Below, piece by piece: positions 1-7,360 of a stretch of DNA of 61,280 nucleotides. A program made the position numbers and the translations under genes. Each line of letters starts with the position of its first letter. The first letter of the stretch is position 1. This stretch comes from Candidatus Krumholzibacteriota bacterium (GTDB taxonomy: Bacteria; Krumholzibacteriota; Krumholzibacteriia; Krumholzibacteriales; Krumholzibacteriaceae), in contig DAOUUU010000003.1 of NCBI GenBank assembly GCA_030667985.1, positions 1 through 61,280 of the forward strand. Direction: 5' to 3'. Below the pieces are notes generated by a model that made no database searches, was not told the origin of the DNA, and saw nothing but the letters and a program-made list of their open reading frames with translations.

Positions 1-146
1 ATAATGCCGTTCAGCTGGGCCTGCGCCTCGAGTATCCTGAAAATGATCTCCTGTTTCCTCAGGTTGCCGAGCCCGTTGATCTTGAGCTCCGTGGCCAACT
101 CGAGCAGTTCATCGATCTTCTTGCTTTTCAATTCCGCGATGTCCAT
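1..146 (-). CDS. rho: Transcription termination factor Rho, N-terminal fragment (gene continues past the left edge)
   Basis: Too short for the ORF track. The reverse complement of 1-146 starts with ATG and reads MDIAELKSKKIDELLELATELKINGLGNLRKQEIIFRILEAQAQLNGI. This matches the Rho N-terminal helix-bundle pattern (cf. E. coli ...RMRKQDIIFAILKQ...). Confidence 0.75.
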   Translation of the reverse strand, partial: MDIAELKSKKIDELLELATELKINGLGNLRKQEIIFRILEAQAQLNGI

Positions 147-410
147 ACACACATACCTCTTTGTTCGTGATTTCTTAACCGCTATTCTCTCATTCGGAAT
201 AATGTATACCAGGTTATCGGATATTAAACGGGATCCCCTCGCCCGGGCTCCATCCCTCGCTCTTTGCGGGAATTCGAAGAAAATTGAAGGAAATGATTCC
301 TCTGATGCAATTCAATATTATAAAAATCGCCCCCATCTGTCAAGCCAAATGGGCTCTGTCGCATCTACAGCATGTAATTCGCAAGATTTATTCCAAAACT
401 CTCTATCTAT

Positions 411-447
411 GCTGCCGGGTGGGCCCAAAGCCCACCCAAAAAGCAGC
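411..447 (-). other. GC-rich stem-loop between the TPR lipoprotein stop and the rho leader
   Basis: gggtgggc (417-424) pairs with gcccaccc (430-437) around a 5-nt loop. An outer pair gctgc/gcagc (411-415/443-447) extends it. On the minus strand the U-run lies inside the structure rather than after it, so this is not a canonical intrinsic terminator. Confidence 0.35.
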
Positions 448-454
448 TTAAACC

Positions 455-1510
455 CTACTGGCCCGTGACCTCCTGATACTTCTTGAAGGCCTCCTCGGCC
501 ATAATCTTCATGCCTTTCTTGTTGAAGGAAAGGCTGAGAACCTGCCACCCTCTCGGATCGGCGGGGAACATGTCAGTGTAGTTCTGCCCCTGCATGATCG
601 CTTCGTCGTAGAGCTCCCCCTCGTAATAGGTGAGCAGGAGAGCGTAGTTCACGCTCTTGTCATCACCCTTCATCATGATAGCGTTCTGGTAGGCCTCGAC
701 TGATTTTAAATAATTCTCGGTCTTGTTGTAGCAGACGCCAAGGTTGTAGTAGAGATCGAAGTCTTCCGAATCCGTTTTCAACCTTCCATCGGTGGCGAGC
801 TCGAGGAAAAGAGCCGCATTGGCAAAATCCCCCTCGCCCATCAGGTCTCCTCCGACTCCCTCGAGAATGTCGAAATTGGCCGGATCGTCAATGATGAGCT
901 TCTCGAAGATACCGAACGCCTCCTCCTTGTCCCCCCGTACGATGAGGAGCCTTCCGGAGAGGGCGAGGACGTCGCCATACTCGTCGTCTTCCTTGGTGAC
1001 CTTTGCCAGGAGAGTGTCGGCGACCGAAAATGCCTTTTCCAGATAGGTGGAATCTTCTTCGCTGACCCTCGAATAGGCCTTCGCGAGGTTTAGCCAGCCC
1101 TTTATCTGACGCGGATCAGACGCGACGGTCTCCTCGAATTCCACACTTGCCCCCGCGAAATTATCGCTCTGATACTCTGCCACACCGTTGTTGAAGTGGC
1201 GAGCCCAGTTGCTCCTTATATTGTTTTCCGCATCCTCGAGCTTGCCCTTGGGGTCCAGTTGAGCGGCGGCCGTGAACTCGTCGTACGCTTCCCTCATCTT
1301 CTTTGTATTGCTGTAGGCGACTCCAAGTTGAAAATGAGCTTCCGCATCGTTCGGATTCTTGGCCAGAGCGGCTTGCGCCTGCTCGATGGCCAGATCGAAC
1401 TGACCATGATCGTTGTGGAGCATCGCACTCGTCGTTTCCACGCTCTTGCAAGCGAAGATTGCCGACAGTGCCGCGACCAGCACCAGTAGTACCACAAAAT
1501 TCTTTCTCAT
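455..1510 (-). CDS. TPR-repeat lipoprotein
   Basis: N-terminus MRKNFVVLLVLVAALSAIFAC is a signal peptide with a lipobox Cys. The body has repeated TPR-like A/Y/F-rich helical units (AEAHFQLGVAYSN..., DLYYNLGVCYNKTENY...). Confidence 0.7.
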   Translation of the reverse strand: MRKNFVVLLVLVAALSAIFACKSVETTSAMLHNDHGQFDLAIEQAQAALAKNPNDAEAHFQLGVAYSNTKKMREAYDEFTAAAQLDPKGKLEDAENNIRSNWARHFNNGVAEYQSDNFAGASVEFEETVASDPRQIKGWLNLAKAYSRVSEEDSTYLEKAFSVADTLLAKVTKEDDEYGDVLALSGRLLIVRGDKEEAFGIFEKLIIDDPANFDILEGVGGDLMGEGDFANAALFLELATDGRLKTDSEDFDLYYNLGVCYNKTENYLKSVEAYQNAIMMKGDDKSVNYALLLTYYEGELYDEAIMQGQNYTDMFPADPRGWQVLSLSFNKKGMKIMAEEAFKKYQEVTGQ

Positions 1511-1777
1511 CGGAACAGAACCTCCTTCTAGTTCCGTTTGATCCCACTACCTTAGAAACCTATACCGTACGAACCCTTCCGCTTGATCAGCTTGCTTCTT
1601 GTTATATATCCCGGGGGGTCCTCCTGAAAACTCAGGCGTATGGGATGCGACATTCCGCAGGAGCGGATTGGTTACTACCCATAGGAAAAGTAGCAAGCAG
1701 CCCCCTGGGTGTCAAGAATTATCAGCGTTTATAAGATCCGCCCCGAAAACCTCGCATCACGCTCCTATCCCGTCCCA

Positions 1778-3772
1778 TCAGGAAAATTGCACCGGATCGA
1801 AGTCCCACCTCAGATCGACTCCCTTGGATTCCTTCAACGTCCTTTTCGCCGCGGCGACAAGCCTCTTTCGCGCCCCGTCGTCCAGCTCGCCCTTGACGAG
1901 GACCTGGAGACGGTATTTTCCCCGAAGCCTTCCCAGGAGGGCCTCGGTGGGCCCCAGCACACCGTAGGTCTTCGGATCGAGGGCAGCGGCTAACGACCGG
2001 GCGAGCAGCTCGCCTGCGTTGCGGACGACCTCTTCGCTTCTGGCCGATACGGTAAAGAGAGAAATGCTCCCCGAGGGCGGATATCCCAGCTCGCGCCTCT
2101 GCTCGAGCTCCTGCTCCGCGAAGCCCTGGTAATCGTGCGAAATCAAGTGCTCAAAGAGAAAGTGGTCCGGTGAAAATGTCTGAACGATGACCCTACCCTC
2201 CCGGTCTCCCCTTCCCGTTCTCCCTGCGGCCTGCGAAAGGAGCCGGAATGTCCTCTCGGCTGCTCTGAAATCGGGGAAGTTGAGCCCGGCGTCGGCCGAG
2301 AGTACGCCGACCAGCGTTACGTCCGGATAGTGATGCCCCTTGGCAACCATCTGCGTGCCGAGAAGCACGTCCTTTTCTCCCTTGGCGAACTGTTCCAAGA
2401 TCCTCAGGTGTCCACCCGTGCCCGACGTCGAATCCATGTCCATCCTCACGACGCGGAGCCCCGGAACAAGGTTGCCTAGCTCCAACTCGATGCGCTGTGT
2501 CCCGACACCCCTGTGAATCATACGGTAAGCTCCGCATGACGGGCAGTCCTCGGGGGGCTTCCTACCGATACCGCAGTAGTGGCAAATCAGCTCGTTGCCT
2601 CTGCTGTGATAGGTGAGAGATATCGAACAGTTCGGGCACCGAGCGATCCATCCGCACTTGCGGCACTGGACGTAGTTCGCGTGGCCTCGCCTGTTGAGCA
2701 GTACAATCGCCTGCTCGCCCCTCTCGTGCACGGTTTCGAGAGCATCGATCAGTTCGGAGGAGACCAGCTCCTCGCGCCCCCGCATATCGATAATTTCTAT
2801 CGCCGGCATCTTTCCGCCGGCCGGTCTCGAGCGAAGCAGGAGATACCCCATGTCCCCTTTTCGAGCTGACGCGTATGTCTCTAACGACGGCGTCGCCGAA
2901 CCGAGCAGAAGAACGGCGCCTTCCCGTTCTGCCCTGCGTCCCGCCACTTCGACTGCGTTGTAGTGAGGCTTTTCTTCCTGCTTGAAGGATGTATCCTGCT
3001 CTTCGTCGACGACGATGATCTCGAGCCGTTTGAGAGGCACGAAGACGGCTGACCGCGCCCCGATCACAACACGAATCTCCCCACCGGCCGCACCGCGCCA
3101 GATCGCAGAACGCTGGGGTCCAGTCAATCTGCTGTGCAGAACAGCGATCTTCGAACCGAACCGCCTCCTGAACCTGGCTGTCGTCTGGGGGATGAGTGCG
3201 ATCTCGGGAATGAGCACGAGGGCGCTCCCTCCCCGCTCCAGAACCTCGCCGATGCACCTGAGGTAAACCTCGGTCTTGCCGCTCCCCGTCACTCCGTGCA
3301 GAAGAAACCCGCTCTTTTCCCGCCGCACGACCGCCCCTGTGACCTCGTCGAAAGCCTTCTGCTGATCCGGCTCGAGAACAGGGAATTCCGGTTCCGATGG
3401 GAAGGAGTCCTTCTCCTCGCGAAGCCTCCCCCGGCCTTTTATCCCTGCGGGAAGCATCGCCTTGAGCACCTCACCGAGCGAGTGGACATACCTGCCGGCC
3501 ATCCAATCGGCGATATCGAGCAGGATCTCGTCGAGGAGCGGTTCCTTGTCCACGAGGGAAATGACCTCTTTCAGCTTCATCCCGGCGGGCGCGCGATTTC
3601 TCTCGCCGACGACATATCCGGTGATCCGCCGGGCGCCGAACGGCACAACTACGCGCGCTCCCCGCCCGACAGTTCCGGTAAAAGCCTCGGGAATCATGTA
3701 GGTAAAGAGCCTATCCACGGGAAGGGGAAGAGCCACATCTACCAGGGAAATTGGACTTTTTCGTGGTGTCAT
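1778..3772 (-). CDS. priA: Primosomal protein N' (replication restart helicase PriA)
   Basis: Walker A GVTGSGKTEVY and DEEQD box. Cys-rich zinc insertion CRKCGWIARCPNCSISLTYHSRGNELICHYCG. Start is set at the internal ATG (MTPRKS...); the track start at 3811 is a TTG with no visible RBS, so the start is uncertain. Confidence 0.85.
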   Translation of the reverse strand: MTPRKSPISLVDVALPLPVDRLFTYMIPEAFTGTVGRGARVVVPFGARRITGYVVGERNRAPAGMKLKEVISLVDKEPLLDEILLDIADWMAGRYVHSLGEVLKAMLPAGIKGRGRLREEKDSFPSEPEFPVLEPDQQKAFDEVTGAVVRREKSGFLLHGVTGSGKTEVYLRCIGEVLERGGSALVLIPEIALIPQTTARFRRRFGSKIAVLHSRLTGPQRSAIWRGAAGGEIRVVIGARSAVFVPLKRLEIIVVDEEQDTSFKQEEKPHYNAVEVAGRRAEREGAVLLLGSATPSLETYASARKGDMGYLLLRSRPAGGKMPAIEIIDMRGREELVSSELIDALETVHERGEQAIVLLNRRGHANYVQCRKCGWIARCPNCSISLTYHSRGNELICHYCGIGRKPPEDCPSCGAYRMIHRGVGTQRIELELGNLVPGLRVVRMDMDSTSGTGGHLRILEQFAKGEKDVLLGTQMVAKGHHYPDVTLVGVLSADAGLNFPDFRAAERTFRLLSQAAGRTGRGDREGRVIVQTFSPDHFLFEHLISHDYQGFAEQELEQRRELGYPPSGSISLFTVSARSEEVVRNAGELLARSLAAALDPKTYGVLGPTEALLGRLRGKYRLQVLVKGELDDGARKRLVAAAKRTLKESKGVDLRWDFDPVQFS

Positions 3773-3818
3773 AGCGAGAAAGATTATAGATTGACCCGCT
3801 TCCCCCAGCAATTCAAAA

Positions 3819-4196
3819 CTACTTCGTGCAGGATAAAAGTTTTTGGATCCTGTTGATCAGCTTGTTCGGGCTGAAGGGTTTCACTATATAGTCGATCGCG
3901 CCCACTTCCTGCCCCAGCCTTTTATCTATATCCCGGCCCTTAGCGGTGAGTAGAACCACCGGGATGTTCTTGGTCATAGGATTGGCCTTGAGTATACGGC
4001 ACGCTTCATACCCATCTATTCTCGGCATCATGATATCGAGGATGATCAAATCGGGCTGCTCCCGCTTTGCCTTGTCTATGGCCTCTTCACCGTTCTGGGC
4101 GGTAATGACCTCGTAGCCCTCGGCGCCGATGCTGAATTGAAGGATCTGAGTGATGTTTATCTCGTCGTCTACCACAAGGATCTTGCCTTTGCTCAC
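3819..4196 (-). CDS. Stand-alone response-regulator receiver (CheY-like)
   Basis: KILVVDDE ... DLIILDIMMP ... LTAK ... KPF receiver motifs; 125 aa with no output domain. The GTG start overlaps the upstream kinase stop (GTGA). Confidence 0.85.
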   Translation of the reverse strand: MSKGKILVVDDEINITQILQFSIGAEGYEVITAQNGEEAIDKAKREQPDLIILDIMMPRIDGYEACRILKANPMTKNIPVVLLTAKGRDIDKRLGQEVGAIDYIVKPFSPNKLINRIQKLLSCTK

Positions 4197-7100
4197 GGGG
4201 TTGCCTCCTTGGCCATTTCTTTCTCCTGAATCTCCTCTTTTCTTCTCGTTCTCCGCTCCTGCTCGAGCTCGCGCTCGATCGCCTCGAGTATGAGCTCGCC
4301 CTTGTACTCCCTTACTCCGAGCTCGCGCAGCGCCTTGACGAAAGCTCCGACGACGCGCGGGTCGAATTTCGTGCCCGCATTCTTTATTATCTCTTTTCTC
4401 GCCTCATCGATGCTGAATATGCGCCTGTAGGGACCTTCGCTGATCAGCGCCCTGAATGCATCGACCACACTTACGATCCTGGCCTCTATCGGGATCTCTG
4501 TGCCCACGAGGCCGTCCGGATAGCCGCTGCCGTCAAAATGTTCGTGGTGACTCCTGATCATCTTCATGATGCGCTCTTCGAGTCCCATCGGTGAAACGAG
4601 AGCATATCCAATATTCGTGTGAGATCTGAGCCTCGCCAGTTCTTCCCGGTTCAGCTGTTCCTTTTTCGACCGCAGATTCCTAGGGATCTTCATAAGCCCG
4701 AGATCGTACATGTTCATCCCTAGCCTGAGGGAAGTCAGAGAATCGTCGTCGAGATCGAGCAACTCCCCCACCTTGAGGGCGAGAAGCGTGAGGCCGGAGA
4801 GATTTTTGCTTCCCCACGCCTCCCTTATATCGAGAACACTCCTCATTGCGTCCTTCAACCTCTCGAAGTTGGACGAGACTGCTTCATAAGCATCCAGCTT
4901 CCTCAGCATATTTACTATAATGGGTCCGAGCGATTCCAGCAGCTCCCTGTCCGCCCGCGTGAATTCGCGCCCCTCTACGTGATCGCTCACGTTGAGGACA
5001 CCCATTATCTCGTTGCCCCTCTTCAAGGGCGCCGAGATGAAGGAATGGGTTCCATAGAAGGCGGAATTGTTCGCCCTTCCGTAGTCCTTTTCCTCTTCTA
5101 TATCGAATACGTGAAGCGCCTGACCGGTGAGCGCGACCTGCCCCGCTATCCTGTCGCCGACCTCGAGGCGGGTGTTCTGCACGAACTCCGGATCGAGACC
5201 CTTCGCCGCTATGACCCTCAGTATCTGCTGATCATGGTCGATGATCATAATCGATGACTTCTTGGCTTGAAGGAATTCGGCGATTAACTCGACGAGCAGC
5301 GTGAGATACTTCTCACGCTCGAAACGCCGGGAGCCTATGACCCCGACCGCGGGCGCGTGCCTTATAAATATATCCTTCATCGGAAGCATGACGACGAACT
5401 TGGCGCCCGAATCTTTGACGTTTTCGACCCATATCTTTCCATCGTGCCATTCGGCAATGTTCTTGCAGATCGCCAGCCCCAGGCCGGAGCCTCCATGCTC
5501 CCTGGTATTGCTCGCGTCAACCTGGTGGAACCGTTCGAAGATCCTCTCGAGCTGGTCTTCCGGTATGCCTTTTCCCGTATCCTGCACTACGATCCTTGCC
5601 GCCGAGGCCTCCTCCTCCAGCATCACGGTCACGCGTCCCCCGCACGGCGTGAACTTGACCGCATTGCTGATGAGGTTCTGCACGAGCTGCCTTATGAGCT
5701 CCATGTCGGCATCTATCACTACGGGGCGCTTCGGCAGCCGGATATCCATGTTCACGTCGGCGGCGATAATCTTCGCCCTGAGATTCGCGTGGATCTCCTC
5801 GACCATGGTATTGAGATTGCAGGAGACCTTCTCGACTTTGAGGTTTCCCGTCTCCATCCTCGAATAGTTGAGTATGTTGTCCACGAGTTTTATGAGGCGT
5901 TCGTTCTCCTCGTTCATCACACTGAGGAATTCCTGAACAGTTTTGATCTTTATGCTCCCCATATTATCGAGAAGCGTTTCTGTATATGCCTTGATCGATG
6001 TCAGCGGGGTGCGGAGCTCGTGGGAGACAATCGACATAAAATTCGATTTCAGCTGGTTAACGCTCTCGAGCTCCTCCTTGCAGAGAGCTAGCGAACGCTC
6101 GCGGTCGAGCATCTTTTCCCTTGTCCGCTGCATCTTTATCAACGTGAGTGCCTTGTTCATATGAAATTTCATGAAAGGAACGGCCTCCAGCGGAGGCTCG
6201 TCCTGGAAGAACCCGATCACGAAAAACGCAACGAGCACGGACCGGTCATACACGGGGGCAACGATCGCTTTGCTGCCTCGCCAGTCGATGTCCTTTGGCA
6301 CGAACTCGCCGTCGTTGTCCACACAGTCGCCCCATTCCACGATGAACCCGGCTTCGTGTTTCAATCCCACCCTGCGGAGCTTATCCATATCTTCCGATGT
6401 AATCGAGAGTCTCGACGACTGCCGGTAGTCGGTCTCGCCGAGGCTGTAATAGGCGGCCACTTCGAACAACTCGTCGCCCGCTTTGGCGACCCTCGATATC
6501 ACGAGATCGGCTCCGATTTGATCCGCGAGCATCTCCGCCATGGGTTGCATTATGTCCTGTATATTATTCTCGCTTACGATGGCGCTGTCGACGCTGTTCA
6601 ATTGCTCCATCGGCGTCGTATCCCACGCGATATGGGATCTCGGACCTCTGGACCCGGCCGACTGATATGAGCTTGTTTCGGCAATCCGCCCTCCGCCGCG
6701 CACGGCTGCGGATGCTGCAACTAACAGGATGACGCCGAACAGATCTCCGAGCGCAAAGAGCTGGCTCCAGAAGCTGTCGGCCGACACGAATCCAAGTCCG
6801 ATAAAACCGGTGATTACCGTCGCAGCGACCAGCATAAAGCCCGCCGACACAAAAAGCACCTCTTCGCGTAATCCCTTTCTCCATCGCCGCTGTATGATCG
6901 CCGACAGGATACCGGCCGGCGTGAATGTCACGAATAGGACAATAAACGGTATCGCTGTTCCGACGGATACCGTATCGGCGAAAAGGAAGAAAGCCGTTCC
7001 GCCGAGCAATGCACCCGCTACCCCGCCCCAGAATATAAGCGTGTCGTCAAAGAGGGCCCGTTCTTGACCGAAGAACGTGGCTCTGAATATTAAATAGAGC

Positions 7101-7357
7101 CCCGTCGCCGAAAGCGCCTGCGCCGGGAGGACGGCGAGCTGATGAGTCGACATGACCGGAGAGACCAGCAGGACTCGCGATGCGAGGAACATGGCGAATC
7201 CGATGGAGATTCTTCCGGCTCCCGGGCCGCACCCCGACTGTACTGACCGGGCACAGTAGACAAACGCGGCGAGCACCACTACGAGCAGGTAGGAGACCAC
7301 TCCCGCCTCGCCCGTGAATACTTTATCGATTCCTACCCAGTACAACGCTGATCCCAT
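4193..7357 (-). CDS. Membrane sensor histidine kinase fused to C-terminal GAF and a degenerate HD-GYP domain
   Basis: About 6 N-terminal TM helices and a GAF-like region. H-box SHELRTPLTSIKAY. N/G boxes NLISNAVKFT, DTGKGIP, GGSGLGLAI. Second GAF (IAGQVALTGQ...GVLNVSD). HHEHFDGSGYPDGL with DAFRAL, but the HD dyad position reads MYDLG. Confidence 0.8.
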   Translation of the reverse strand: MGSALYWVGIDKVFTGEAGVVSYLLVVVLAAFVYCARSVQSGCGPGAGRISIGFAMFLASRVLLVSPVMSTHQLAVLPAQALSATGLYLIFRATFFGQERALFDDTLIFWGGVAGALLGGTAFFLFADTVSVGTAIPFIVLFVTFTPAGILSAIIQRRWRKGLREEVLFVSAGFMLVAATVITGFIGLGFVSADSFWSQLFALGDLFGVILLVAASAAVRGGGRIAETSSYQSAGSRGPRSHIAWDTTPMEQLNSVDSAIVSENNIQDIMQPMAEMLADQIGADLVISRVAKAGDELFEVAAYYSLGETDYRQSSRLSITSEDMDKLRRVGLKHEAGFIVEWGDCVDNDGEFVPKDIDWRGSKAIVAPVYDRSVLVAFFVIGFFQDEPPLEAVPFMKFHMNKALTLIKMQRTREKMLDRERSLALCKEELESVNQLKSNFMSIVSHELRTPLTSIKAYTETLLDNMGSIKIKTVQEFLSVMNEENERLIKLVDNILNYSRMETGNLKVEKVSCNLNTMVEEIHANLRAKIIAADVNMDIRLPKRPVVIDADMELIRQLVQNLISNAVKFTPCGGRVTVMLEEEASAARIVVQDTGKGIPEDQLERIFERFHQVDASNTREHGGSGLGLAICKNIAEWHDGKIWVENVKDSGAKFVVMLPMKDIFIRHAPAVGVIGSRRFEREKYLTLLVELIAEFLQAKKSSIMIIDHDQQILRVIAAKGLDPEFVQNTRLEVGDRIAGQVALTGQALHVFDIEEEKDYGRANNSAFYGTHSFISAPLKRGNEIMGVLNVSDHVEGREFTRADRELLESLGPIIVNMLRKLDAYEAVSSNFERLKDAMRSVLDIREAWGSKNLSGLTLLALKVGELLDLDDDSLTSLRLGMNMYDLGLMKIPRNLRSKKEQLNREELARLRSHTNIGYALVSPMGLEERIMKMIRSHHEHFDGSGYPDGLVGTEIPIEARIVSVVDAFRALISEGPYRRIFSIDEARKEIIKNAGTKFDPRVVGAFVKALRELGVREYKGELILEAIERELEQERRTRRKEEIQEKEMAKEATP

Positions 7358-7360
7358 CTG

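Noticed and set aside
381-395. TGGAAT-AAATC-TTGC (minus strand), a weak sigma-54-like match upstream of rho. A similar weak match, TGGCCT-GATAG-ATGC, occurs near 61240-61255.
   Set aside because: Only the GG/GC dinucleotides and their spacing match, the -24 box is poor in both, and rho is not an expected sigma-54 target. These are likely chance matches.
4-468. 154-aa plus-strand ORF at the left edge.
   Set aside because: It overlaps the rho N-terminus on the opposite strand and then crosses the AT-rich rho leader. It has no RBS, no domain, and low-complexity Ser/Leu-rich content.
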